From Raja brachyura (taxonomy: Eukaryota), in the NCBI GenBank assembly GCA_963514005.1, contig OY740804.1, positions 14,880,001-14,944,000 of the forward strand: a stretch of DNA of 64,000 bases. Direction: 5' to 3'. The notes below the pieces were generated by a model, which searched no databases, was not told where the DNA came from, and worked only from the letters and a program-made list of their open reading frames with translations. This document shows, piece after piece, positions 25,161-37,415 of this stretch. Both the position numbers and the translations under genes were made by a program. How positions within the stretch are numbered: position 1 is the first letter of the stretch; each line of letters starts with the position of its first letter.

Positions 25161-25777
25161 GGGTGGCGCCAGCAATGGCTGCCTCGCCAACAGTCTGTTT
25201 GTCCCATCCTTCTTTGTTGTTTTAATAGTATGCGTTAAATGTATGTTTTTAGTGTTCTTTAGTTTGTTTTGTGTGGGGTGTGGGGCTGGGGAAACTTTTT
25301 AAATCTCTTACCTCGACGGAGATGCAATTGTTTTCCGTATCGCATCTCCGTCCGCACTGCGGCCCAACATTATGAAGTTGGCAGCCTTTGCTGGAGCTCC
25401 AACCACGGGATCCTGCGGACTTAAACGTCAGAGCTTGCGGTTGGTTAGAGATTCGAGAGTTTCAAGCCGCTGGAGCTTCGACCGCCCCGACGCGGGGGCT
25501 TCGATCGCCCCGACATGGAGGCTTCGACAGCCGGCTGGCGGAGCTTCGATCGCCCCGATGGATAGTTCGTCTGCCCCGACCGTGGGAGAAAAAAAGAGGA
25601 AGATTGGACTTTATTGCCTTCCATCACAGTGAGGGAATGCGGGGAATCCACTGTGGTGGATGTTTATGTTAACTTTTATGTAGTTATGTGTCTTGTTTTT
25701 TTTAGTATGGCTGTATGGTAATTCACATATCACTGTACCTTAATTGATACATGTGATAATAAAAGACTATTGAAACC
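25161..25777 (+). mobile_element. non-autonomous LINE-derived (Rex/L2-type tail) element with GC-rich repetitive core
   Basis: shares head and tail organisation with 43813-44692 (ctgtggtggatgttt, tcac...catgtgataataaa tail); internal gcttcga.cgccc repeats; no real ORF. Confidence 0.5.
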
Positions 25778-25958
25778 TTTAAACACGTCTTAATTTTAGA
25801 CCCAACACCATTCCAGGAGCTACCAATGAAGGTCCCAACCCAAAATGTTGCACCCTTTCCAGTTTGCTCTGCATTTGTGCAATTTATAGGGACACTTTCA
25901 TTTTGTTTTAACAACAGCACGGAGGTTGATCATTGATTCTGAAATCTGTTCCTCGTAG

Positions 25959-26990
25959 TAGGTATGTTACAAAACTTACCTTGAGCAGCGCTGCAGTTCT
26001 GCCGCTACCCGTGTGCGCGACTTTGGCGCCTTTCAGAGGGGGGCGGGCTTAAAGTGCCATTTTTCCACAGGCAGGGAAAATCGATCAATGTCGGGCGATT
26101 TCGTTGCGGAAGAAAAATCGCTCCGACATTTCATGAATGAAGGTATTTTTAAATTACTCTAAATTATTTATTAACTAGAGTAATTTAAAAATCACCTTCA
26201 AAAGCCGTGAGCGCCGACAACCGGAAGGATTTTGCGTAGGGGAGAAGAAAAGGTAAATAGTTTATTTTTATATTAAAAGTTGTTTTTTCGGGAGGCTTTA
26301 ATAACATTTTCATGTTGCGAAATGGGGTTCAAAAAAATGTATGAACAAACAGTATTTTTCATACCGACTTCACCGGTAACCGCAACGTTCCAATCCACCG
26401 CATTCCACTAAAACCCACTCGCTAGTTGATTTAAATGGCCATTAATTTACAGGAATCAAACACTAAATTCCTTCCATTTGGCCCAGAAATTCATGAAAAT
26501 GGGATTTAAAAATTATGTTATATTGTGGATTATTGTGTGAATGTTATTTGGACACTTAGGCAATTTAAAGAAAGTTTATTTTTTCTTAAGAAATGGGTAG
26601 ATGTTTAGATCTACTCATTGAATTTTGTAATTAGCTACAATTAGATAACTAACTAATTATATGCTTTAATTTCAGGTCATCCGAGTAAGATTGTTTCATA
26701 TTTGTTTCAGAATGCTTCAATCTATAATAACTGAAAATTTCATTTAGTTCTCTTAATTTTTAAGAAAGATATGGGCTTTTAACTGTTCTAGATCACAGCT
26801 TTTGAGTTGTCAATTGAAAGGCAATGGGGAACAAGATGCTAATTTCCGAGTATGAAAATGGTCATAACTTTCTTAGTACTGAAGATGTGAAAGTGAATTA
26901 GGTGTCGAATTAAACTTCATTTTATGCTTTATCTGATGGAATAAATTGCAGACTTGATTTTTAAAATCTCAAAATTTTGTAACATTGCTA
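25959..26990 (-). mobile_element. ~1.03-kb non-autonomous DNA transposon, copy 1 (TAG...CTA TIRs, 7-bp TSD)
   Basis: imperfect TIRs TAG(G/C)(T/A)ATGTTACAAAA; TSD CTCGTAG at 25952-25958 and 26991-26997; reverse complement of copies 2-4. Confidence 0.92.
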
Positions 26991-27279
26991 CTCGTAGCCA
27001 GAGTCCGTGGACGAAATCCACTGCCACCCCATGGCTTGGAACCTCACATCGTGCAGTGGTCCTGGTGATCTGCAGCTGCAGGACAAGCGTCAGACGTATG
27101 GCTAGGAACCTTGAGAGAGAGGATTTCTAATCTGCAGTGTTGATGCAGTGTCACCTTGCATTATGCAGTTTATAATAGAATCGAAGACGAACTACATAGC
27201 CAAATCAAAGCAATGCCCATTTTAGCTTCGGTGAATGAAATGATTCAATGCGTACTAAGCTTAAAAAGTAACATGCAGT

Positions 27280-27800
27280 CTTTGCAACAACCTGGCTTTC
27301 TAGCCTCCAGAGTGCGGTCCTCAGCCGAGCTCGCAGCCCAACCTAGTACGGCTCGGACCAAAATCATAGAGCGGAGCCTATGGTCATTGGCTCGGACGAC
27401 GATGATGCATCAAAGATCATAGAGCGGAGCCGCTCGCTAAAGGATCTTTGGAGCGGAGCTCCCGCTCTATGAACTTTGATGTGCATTGTCTCGGCGGACG
27501 ACAAGTGATTGGACATTTGTTGGACGTTGCGTTATCTCATTGGCTGCTGACGGCCCTCGGGTACAGGGCGCGATGCCTGGGCGCTCGAGCTGGTGGCGCG
27601 CGAGCGGACACGAGCTCGGCTGCGGACAGCGCAAGCGCCGACGGTTCCCGCCCAGGAGAGCGCGCCTCGTATCGCAGCGAGGACGGCCCGTTGTTGTGGC
27701 GACAGGAGAGTGGGTGGGGGTGGGTAAGGTGTGCCAGAGGCAAGGTCACGCGGTGGCGGGAAAACGTCGACTGGCTGTAGAGGGTGAGGTGTCCAGGGAT
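27280..27800. promoter_or_regulatory. CpG-island-like promoter between the divergent DRAM2 and SYCP3-like genes
   Basis: sharp rise in GC and CpG in non-repeat DNA; reverse CCAAT boxes (ATTGG) at ~27508 and ~27539; GGCGGGAA E2F-type motifs at 27645-27652 (minus) and 27755-27762; candidate plus-strand donor gg|GTaagg at ~27724. Confidence 0.65.
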
Positions 27801-28151
27801 AGGGGTGAGGTGATTCCGGATGGGGTAGATGTGTCCGGGGGTGAGGTGTCGGGGAGTAACTATGAGTCGCGAGGAAGGAGCGTGAGGTGTCGGTGGACGA
27901 GGGGTCAGGGGTGAGGTATCGGGGTGGGCGTGAGGTGTCGAGGGTGATATGTGGTCAGAGGGAGCGTGAGTTGGCGAGGGGAGGGGTGTGAGATGTTGAA
28001 GAAGAGGGTGAGGTACCGAGAAGGGGGTGAGGTATTGGGTGAATAGTTGCGGGGGTGAGGTGTCGCGGGGGGGGGGGGGGGGGTGTGAGATGTTGAAGAA
28101 GAGAGTGAGCTGCCGAGAAGGGGGTGAGGTATTGGGGGAATGGGTGTAAGG

Positions 28152-29180
28152 TAGCAATGTTACAAAATTTTGAGATTTTAAAAATCAAGTCTGCAATTTA
28201 TCCCGTCAGATAAAGCATAAAAAGAAGTTTAATTTGACACCTAATTCACTTTCATATCTTCAGTGTTAAGAAAGTTATGACCATTTTCATACTCGGAAAT
28301 TAGCATCTTGTTCCCCATTGCCTTTCAATTGACAACTCAAAAGCTGTGATCTAGAACAGTTAAAAGCCCATAACTTTCTTAAAAATTAAGAGAACTCAAT
28401 GAAATTTTCAATTATAGATTGAAGCATTCTGAAACAAATATGAAACAATCTTACTGGGATGACCTGAAATTAAAGCATATAATTAGTTAGTTATCTAATT
28501 GTAGCTAATTACAAAATTCAATGAGTAGATCTAAACATCTACCCATTTCTTAAGAAAAAATAAACTTTCTTTAAATTGCCTAAGTGTCCAAATAACATTC
28601 ACACAATAATCCACAATATAACATAATTTTTAAATCTCATTTTCATGAATTTCTAGGCCAAATGGAAGGAATTTAGTGTTTAATGCCTGTAAATTAATGG
28701 CCATTTAAATCAACCAGCGAGTGGGTTTTAGTGGAATGTGGTGGATTGGAACGTTGCGGTTTGTGGTGAAGTCAGTATGAACAATACAGCCGGTTCATAC
28801 ATTTTTTTTGTCCCCTTTTCGCAACATGAAAATGTGATTAAAGCCTTCCTAAAAACCAAGTTTTTATGTAAAAATAACCTGTGTAGCTTCTTTTATCGCC
28901 TACCTTAGGTCCGTTCCGCTGTCACCATTCAGAGCTTTAGAAGATGATTTTTAAACTATTCTAGTTAATAAATAACCTAACGTAGTTTAAAAATACCTTC
29001 ATGAATGAAATGTCGGAGCTATTTCTCTTTAGCGACGAAATCGCCCGACATGGATCGACTTGGACTGCCTAGAAAAAATCGGCATTTTAATCCCGCCCCC
29101 CTCTGAAAGGCGCCAAAGTTGCGCACACGGGGAGCGGCAGAACTGCAGCGCTGCTAAAGGTAGGTATTGTAACATACCTA
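28152..29180 (+). mobile_element. 7-bp-TSD DNA transposon, copy 2
   Basis: TAGCAATGTTACAAAA...TTGTAACATACCTA; TSD TGTAAGG at 28145-28151 and 29181-29187. Confidence 0.92.
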
Positions 29181-29321
29181 TGTAAGGTGCCGGGGAATGG
29201 GTGTGAAATGTTGGGTGGGGGTGAATTGTCAGTGGGTGAAAGCACGAGGCATCGGGAGGGGGTATGAGGTGTCGGGGAGAGTGGTTTAGATGTCGGGGAG
29301 GGTCATGAGATGTTGAATATA

Positions 29322-30313
29322 TAGCAATGTTACAACAAAAAATCAAGTCTGCAATTTATCCCATCAGATAAAGCATAAAACGAGGTTTAATTTGGCACCT
29401 AATTCACTTTCATATCTTCAATATTAAAAAAGTTATGGCCATTTTCATACTTGGAAATTAGCATCTTGTTCCCTATTGCTTTTCCATTGACTTAACACAA
29501 AAGCTGTGATCGAGGACAGTCAAAAGCCCATAACTTTCTTAAAAATATAATAAATTTTCAGTTATTATAGATTGAAGCATTCTGAAACAAATATGAAACA
29601 ATCTTACTTGGATGACCTGAAATTAAAGCATATAATTAGTTAGTTACCTAATTGTAGCTAATTACAAAATTCAATTACTAGATCTAAACATCTATCCATT
29701 TCTTAAGAAAAGATTAACGTTTTTAAATAGCCTAAGTGCCCAAATAACATTCACACAAGAATTCACAATATAACATGATTTTTAAATATCATTGTCATGA
29801 ATTTATAGGCCAAATGGAAGGAATTTAGTGTTTAATTCCCGTAAATTAATGGCCATTTTAATCTTGCGAGTGGGTTTTTGTGGAACGCGAACGATTGGAA
29901 TGTTGTGGTTTGCGGTCAATTTGAACCACATATCGGCAGGAAAAACACTGCTGGTTCGTATGTGGTCATAATCACATTTTCGCCAATGAAATTTTGATTA
30001 AAGTCATCCTAAGAAGCAAGTTTATATGTAAACTAAACGACTTACCTTATGTTTTGTCCTGTACGTGAGATCCGTCTCGTTGACGGCGTTAGAAGTCGCT
30101 TTTTTATTTTACTCCAGCGATTAAATTGTCCCGCGATTTTTTTTTAAACTTCTGAGAACGCAAGCCGGAACAATTTTTCAGCATCAGCTAGCAACCCGAG
30201 AAAATATATCTCAGACAGGCAAGAGAAAACAGCATTTTAATCCCGCCAAAGTCGCGCACACGGCCAGTGGCAGAACTGCAGCGCCGCTGAAGGTAAGTAT
30301 TGTAACATACCTA
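29322..30313 (+). mobile_element. same DNA transposon family, copy 3 (diverged subfamily, TSD not recognisable)
   Basis: same termini and first ~600 bp as copies 2 and 4; different 3' interior. Confidence 0.88.
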
Positions 30314-30679
30314 GATGTAGTATGTCATAGGGTGTGAGTATGTGGTGACAGGTGTGAAGGTGGCAGAGGGAAGGGTGAGGGACGAAAGAGTGAGCGAAAT
30401 ATAGTGTGAGATGTCAGGGAGAGAGAGTTGGGGAGAGAGAGGGTGTGAGGGAGAGTGAGAGCGTGGGGGAGAGTGAGGATGTGTGGTTCAGGGGGTGAGG
30501 GGAAAGTAAGCTGTGTAGTATGGTGGGGGACGATGAGTGTGTGCACTACCAGGAGTGGGGTTTGACTGTAGGGAAGACAATTAAGTTATTGAAGTAAATT
30601 GAAGGGTCCAAGAGATATTAACCTCCTTGTTTGCCTCCACCATTATACTGCATTCAGATGCATTTGTCTTTGAGTCTTT

Positions 30680-31471
30680 GATACCTGCAACTGCCATTGT
30701 GACAAAGTCATGCTTTCAAACTGAAGGAACTGGGCCTGGTGAGCAGCACGACCATGAGTGTTCCCGGTGAGCGGGCCCAAATCCTCCAGTTGGCCCAGCA
30801 CACCCGCCACGAAAGTCGACGGGAACTGGACTGTATGAGCGAGGAGGGACCTGCGAGTAACTGCTGAGAGTGAGATGAGCCGTCGGAGAGCAAAGTGGAG
30901 CGGCGTGTGGCTGAGGACGGGCCCACGTGAGGACCGGGGGCCAGACAGGCCCGGGTGAGGACTGGAGGCCAGACAGGCCCGCGGTGGGAGACAGAGGTCG
31001 GACAGGCCCACTGTGGGTGTTGGATGGGCCCTGATGGGTGCCGGAGGTCGGATGTGCCCACATTTGGTGCTGGTGGTCGGACGGGCTGTGGTGGGTGTTG
31101 GAGGCCGGATGGGCCTGTGGTGGGTGTTGGAGGTCAGTTGAGGATGCACCACCAAGCGAACAAAGGGACCTGACAATGGTGGTCCACCGAGAATGAGGAG
31201 GGAACCATCGTGGGGGGGGGGGGGGGGTGGGGGCGCCGAGAGAGCAAAGATGGACCTGGTATGGGGGGGCTACCAAGAGAATAAAGAGGAACCCAGCGTG
31301 GGGCGGGGGGGACTAAGAACAAAGAGGAACCATTGGGACTACTTTGAACACTCTGTAACTTTGTGGGTGCGCTATACGTGGCAACTCTTTGCATACTTTG
31401 TGCATGGTATGCGAAACTAAGAATTTCACTGTGGCATGTCACGTGATAATAAAGTATCATTTATTCATTCA
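30680..31471 (+). mobile_element. GC-rich non-autonomous retro-derived element with Rex/L2-type tail
   Basis: internal ggccagacaggccc repeats; tail gaatttcactgtg..atgtcacgtgataataaa..attcattca; 5' boundary uncertain. Confidence 0.4.
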
Positions 31472-32021
31472 CCTTTCCCTCATTACACCATACAAGATAC
31501 GTATTCAACATGCCTCAATGAACTAGAGAGGAGCATGTCACAAGCAGTACTAGGTGTGCCTAAAGATGAAGTGCCAACCTGTGACGCTGCTGCTTAGGCA
31601 AATGTGCTAACAGCATACCTACCTCCTAATTGCCATTAGTAAATGTTTCTTATAAACAGGAAAATAGATCAGAAATGCAATTCAGCCACATCTAATCGTA
31701 ATTGGTCATAGAGCATTAAGCAACTAATGGAAGAAAGAGATTCCAAGAACATCCCCATCCTCATAATAATGTGCATCAGTCACAAATGCTGAATGGATGA
31801 TCTTCCTGCAGTCCCTACCATCACGTACTGTATACCAGTCTTTAGCCAATTCAATTGAATAATCGAAGATAGACACAAAATTCTGGATCAACTCAACGGG
31901 ACAGGCAGCGCTGGAGAGAAAGAATGGGAGAAGAGAAGGAATTCAATTGAAAAATCATTGTATTAAACACAGCAAAGGCCACAACATCCCATCAAGTTGA
32001 TCCACAAGTATGTTGAGGTAC

Positions 32022-32668
32022 TCTTACACTCGTGTACAGCGCCGCTGAGTACATCGCCCCAGCATGGTGCCGCAGCGCTCATACTAGCAAGCCATCCTCA
32101 ACGACACCATGCGGATCATCACCGTTGCCTACACCCTACTCCGACGGATCTTCTGCTGGTGCTAGCAGGTATCGCACCCGCCAAGCTTCGCAGAAAGTAC
32201 TTCACTCATACACTGGTGTGCAAGGCCCCATCGGACGCCAAACATCCTTTGCACTACCTCGCCCAGGACTCACAGCAACTGGGAGCTCAACGCCTGTCAT
32301 CTTGTCGCCCCTTCTCCCGTCTCGCAGCGAGCCTCTGTGGCTCTGGTTTTAACACAAAGAGCATGGAGAACCAGCTGTGGACAGACTTCACGACCTCCAC
32401 AATTCACTGTTGCACCACAGCCCCACCTGGCTCGGACCTGCCCCGCAAAGAGTGGGTTGCCCTGAACGGCTCCATACAGGGGTCGGCCGGTTCAATGCCA
32501 ACATGCATCGCTGGGGACTGCAGTCATCAGCAGCCTACATGTGTGGAGCAGACCAGCAAATAGCGCAGCACATCATTTTCAACTGCGCTGTCCTCACCCC
32601 CTTGGTGGAGGGGCAGACCTCATGGCCCCCAACAGCACGTTGAACTGGCTACAGCGCTTGGAGGGCAC
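32022..32668 (+). mobile_element. Vingi/Ingi-like non-LTR retrotransposon 3' fragment
   Basis: YSAAEYIAPAWCRSAHT, CL(H)PTPT..L.VLAGIAP..LRR, RLHTGVGRFNANMHRWGL...CG...Q...HI...C C-terminal zinc-knuckle region; GTAC on both flanks. Confidence 0.65.
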
Positions 32669-33034
32669 GTACAATAAAAATCTTGATTGCAATAGCATCA
32701 GGGATATATAGTCTTAGACAGCACATGGAAACAAATTATACATTAGTTACACATTCTACAACGTGAAAGGAAATGAGTGCAATGAAACAAGACATTAGTG
32801 CACAAATATATAATTAGAAAAACAGTTCATGATAGTGCAAAAGGTAGTCCTCCATGTGTCATTACCGAGGTAGAATTAAACTTGTTTTGGTTGGTTCAAG
32901 AACCTCACGATTGTAGGAAAGTAGGTCCTTCTGAATGGCTTGTGCCATTTCTCTCGCCTAACACCTCAAATCCTCTGTCTCCCCGATACCAACACCTAAA
33001 AAAACTGGTGATGTAGGACTTAAGGCTTTTGTAC

Positions 33035-35750
33035 TTAAGGCTGGTTAGAGAGGAAATTAACGCAATAGAAAGGAAGGACATTAGCTTGGAGGATGTGGAA
33101 TCGATATGGGTAGAGCTGCGAAACACTAAGGGGCAGAAAACGCTAGTGGGAGTTGTGTACAGGCCACCTAACAGTAGTAGTGGAGTTGGGGATGGCATCA
33201 AACAGGAAATTAAATGCGTGCAACAAAGGTAAAACAGTTGTAATGGGTGACTTCAATCTACATATAGATTGGGTGAATCAAATTGGCAGGGGTGCTGAGG
33301 AAGAGGATTTCTTGGAATGTATGCGGGATAGTTTTCTAAACCAACATGTAGAGGAACCAACGAAGGCTCTTCTAGACTCTAGAGGAACCCAGGCTCTTCT
33401 AGACTGGGTATTGAGTATTGAGTAATGAGGAAGGGTTAGTTGACAGTCTTGTTGTGCGTGGCCCCTTGGGCAAGAGTGACCATAATATGGTTGAGTTCTT
33501 CATTAGGATTGAGTGACATAATTAATTCAGAAACAAAGGTTCTGAACTTAAAGAAAGGTAACTTTGAGGGTATGAGACGTGAATTGGCCAAGATAGACTG
33601 GCAATTGATTCTTAAAGGGTTGATGGTGGATAGGCAATGGAAGGCATTTAAAGACTGCATGGATAAACTACAAAAATTGTTCATCCCAGTTTGGCAAAAG
33701 AATAAATCAGGGAAGGTAGTACATCAGTGGATAAGAAGGGAAATCAGGGATAGTATCAAAACAAAAGATGAAGCATATAAATTAGCGAGAAAAAGCAGCC
33801 TACCAGAGGACTGGGAGAAATTCAGAGTCCAGCAGAGGAGGACAAAGGGATTAATTAGGAAAGGGAAAATAGATTATGAAAGAAAACTGGCATGAAACAT
33901 AAAAACTGACTGCAAAAGTTTTTATAGATATGTGAAGAGAAAAAGATGGATTAAAACAAATGTAGGTCCCTTGCAGTCAGAAACAGGTGAATTGATCATG
34001 GGGAACAAGGACATAGCAGACCAATTGAATAACTACTTTGGTTCTGTCTTCACTAAGGGAGACATAAATAATCTGCTGGAAATAGCAAGGGACCGGGGGT
34101 CAAATGAGATGGAACTGAGTGAAATCCAGGTTAGCCGGGAAGTGGTGTTAGGTAAATTGAATGGATTAAAGGCCGATAAATCCCCAGGGCCAGATAGGCT
34201 GCATCCCAGAGTACTTAAGGAAGTAGCCCGAGAAATAGTGGATGCATTAGTGATAATTTTAGAAAACTCTTTAGATTCTGGAGTAGTTCCTGAGGATTGG
34301 AGGGTAGCTAATGTAACCCCACTTTTTAAAAAGGGAGGGAGCGAGAAAACGGGGAATTACAGACCAGTTAGTCTAACATCGGTAGTGGGGAAACTGCTAG
34401 AGTCAGTTATTAAAGATGGAATAGCAGTACATTTGGAAAGTGGTGAAATCATTGGACAAAGTCAGCATGGATTTATGAAAGGTAAATCACGTCTGACGAA
34501 TCTTATAGAATTTTTCGAGGATGTAACTAGTAGAGTGGATAAGGGAGAACCAGTGGATGTGTTATATCTGGGCTTTCAGAAGGCTTTCAACAAGGTCCCA
34601 CACAAGAGATTAGTATGCAAACCTAAAGCACATGGTATTGGCGGTTCAGTATTGATGTGGATAGAGAACTGGCTGGCAGACAGGAAGCATAGAGTAGGAG
34701 TAAAAGGGTCCTTTTCAGAATGGCAAGCAGTGACTAGTGGGGTCCCGCAGGGCTGGGTGCTGGGACCCCAGCTATTTAAAATATATATTAATGATTTAGA
34801 CGAAGGAATTGAATGCAACATCTCCAAGTTTGCGGATGACACAAAGCTGGGGGGCAGTGTTAACTGTGAGGGGGATGCTAGGAGGCTGCAAGGTGACTTG
34901 GATAGGTTGGGTGAGTGGGCAAATGCATGGCAGAAGCAGTATAATGTGGATAAATTTTAGGTTATCCACTTTGGTGGCAAAAACAGGAAAGTAGACTATG
35001 ATTTGAATGGTGGCTGGTTAGGAAAAGGGGAGATGCAACGAGACCTGGGTGACATGGTACACCAGTCATTGAAAGTAGGCATGCAGGTGCAACAGGCAGT
35101 GAAGAAAGTGAATGGTATGTTAGCATTCATAGCAAAAGGATTTGAGTATAGGAGCAGGGAGGTTCTACTGCAGTTGTGCAGGGTCTTGGTGAGACCACAC
35201 CTTGAGTATTGCGTAGTTTTGGTCTCCTAATTTGTGGAAAGACATTCTTGCCATAGAGGGAGTACATAGAAGGTTCACCAGACTGATTCCTGGGATGTCA
35301 GGACTTTCATATGAAGAAAGACTGGATAGACTCGGCATGTACTCGCTGGAATTTAGAAGATTGAGGGGGGGATCTTATAGAAACTTACAAAATTCTTAAG
35401 GGGTTGAACAGGCTAGACGCAGGAAGATTGTTCCCGATGTTGGGGAAGTCCAGAACAAGGGCTCACAGTTTAAGGATAAGGGGGAAATATTTTAGGACCG
35501 AGATGTGAAAAACATTTTTCACACAGAGAGTGGTGAATCTCTGGAATTCTCTGCCACAGAATGTAGTTGAGGCCAGTTCATTGGCTATATTTAAGAGGGA
35601 GTTAGATGTGGCCCTTGTGGCTAAGGGGATCAGGGGGTATGGAGAGAAGGCAGGTACAGGATACTGAGTTGGATGATCAGCCATGATCCATTTAATGGTG
35701 GTGCAGGCTCGAAGGGGCGAATGGCGTACTCCTGCACCTATTTTCTATGT
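33035..35750 (+). mobile_element. young CR1 LINE (endonuclease C-half, RT, 3' tail), 5'-truncated
   Basis: ESIWVEL, VYRPPN, MGDFNLHIDW, 342-aa RT ORF 33932-34960 with SPGPD, NYRPVSLTSVVGK, KFADDTK; CR1 3' UTR ending ttttctatg; TGTAC at both junctions. Confidence 0.96.
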
Positions 35751-37199
35751 ACCTCTCGGTAGAAGCGAAAAGAGGGCATGGCCCTATTCATGGAGACCGT
35801 TGATGATAGATGTCAACTTCTTGAAGCAGCGCCTCACATAGATGCCTATCATGGTGGGGAGGACCACCCGGGATGGACCGTGCTGAGTGCGCCACTCTAT
35901 GCTGCCTCTTGCATTCCTGTGCATTGGAATTGTCATACCAAGCATGATGCAACCAGTCAGAAAACTTTTGCCTTGTATGAAGTTATAGTGAGCAAGTCCT
36001 GCCACAGCTGTCAAGCATCTGTCTGTGACTTCAGCTTAGCCCAGTATTGTTTATTTATGCTTACGATGGCCTTCTTCAGGTTGTACGTGGACTGCTTGTA
36101 TGACTCCAGATTGCCAGTCCAAAATGCCACTGATCTAGCTTTCAGCAGATGATTAATCTCAAGAACTTCTTTTTGAAGAAGACCTTTAATGTTTTAAATA
36201 TGCTCAGGAGGTCAGGCAGCAAGAGTTAATGTTTTAGATTGAAGACGCTTTTTCAAAAGTGGAAAGAGAGGAAAATAAACAAGTTTTAAGTTGCAAAGAA
36301 GATGGGGATGGGATTGGACAATAATTATTTGTTATACAGTGAAGTCAGTGTTACCCTGGGCCTACATTTTATTTCAACCTGTCGATGGGTTATTGATGGA
36401 GAGTGCACAAGTAGTACAAATAAAGTATTAGAAAAAAAGTTATGAAATGAGGGGTGTAGGAGGGTAAGAGAGAAAATCTGTGCCAATATCATAAATGGAT
36501 GACTTACAGCAAAATGGCCAGTTCTGATTAAGCTAGTTATCTTAAGTTGTAGACTTCAATATTAAGTCCGGAGCGATTCTGAGCTTCCTGTTGCCTGCTA
36601 CTTTAATTTTTCATTTAACTCCCACTCTGACCTTTCTGTCTGTGGCCTCCTGTAGCCCGGCTATAACAACGCTAAACACAAGCTTGATAATGCCAAGACA
36701 TCTGGGCATTAGCAATTTCTCCCTCCAGTCCTATGGGCCTTTTGGTGACTCTTCTAGTTCATCCACGTCAATCGACTCCTGTTGTGGGGAGTGAAATAGT
36801 GTACCCTTATAAAATACTTAGCAAAGTCAGAGCAGAGGATAGTGGCACTTATAAACTGCAACAGAATCAACTTAATGAGACATAACAGATATTGTCATTT
36901 TGTACAGTTAATCAAAGCAACAAAGGAATTTTATCATCAGTATCAAACACTTCCGGTGAGTAAAATTAGCATATTATGTGCGGCATCTGCTTCCCACATA
37001 GTTTGTGATTCAGAGGCCAATCTACCTCTCAAAGTATAACTTCCCTAATGGTGATGAGGCATTGAAATTGATTCTTGATTTTGTCTCAACAAAGGTGGTG
37101 AAAAGCATTGATTACTCTTTATGTTCTAGTCCTGTGTGGGTAATTGACAGAGAAGAATGTTTAAAAGTGGGGGCTGGTGTGTATGGATTAATGGTTTGT

Positions 37200-37415
37200 G
37201 TAGACACAAAACGCTGGAGTAACTCAGTCGGAAGAAGGGTCTCGACCTAAAACCCCACCCATTCCTTCTCTCCAGAGATGCTGCCTATCCCACTGAGTTA
37301 CTCCAGCATTTTGTGTCTACTTTCGATTTAATCGTTTCATACCAGCCCGCGCTGAGTTACTCCAGCATTTTGTGTCTACCTTCGATTTAAACTAGCATCT
37401 GCAGTTCTTTCCTAT
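37200..37415 (+). mobile_element. short Penelope-terminus-derived insert
   Basis: agacacaaaacgctggagtaactcag with inverted, duplicated ctgagttactccagcattttgtgtcta; TGGTTTGTGTA on both flanks; degenerate hammerhead motif at ~37228-37260. Confidence 0.7.

Noticed and set aside
27156-28188. Several 80-200 aa ORFs over the CpG island and the GGGGTGAG-rich tract
   Set aside because: Stop-codon scarcity in GC-rich DNA; no recognisable domain
30643-31460. Overlapping long ORFs on both strands
   Set aside because: GC-rich repetitive interior of a non-autonomous element
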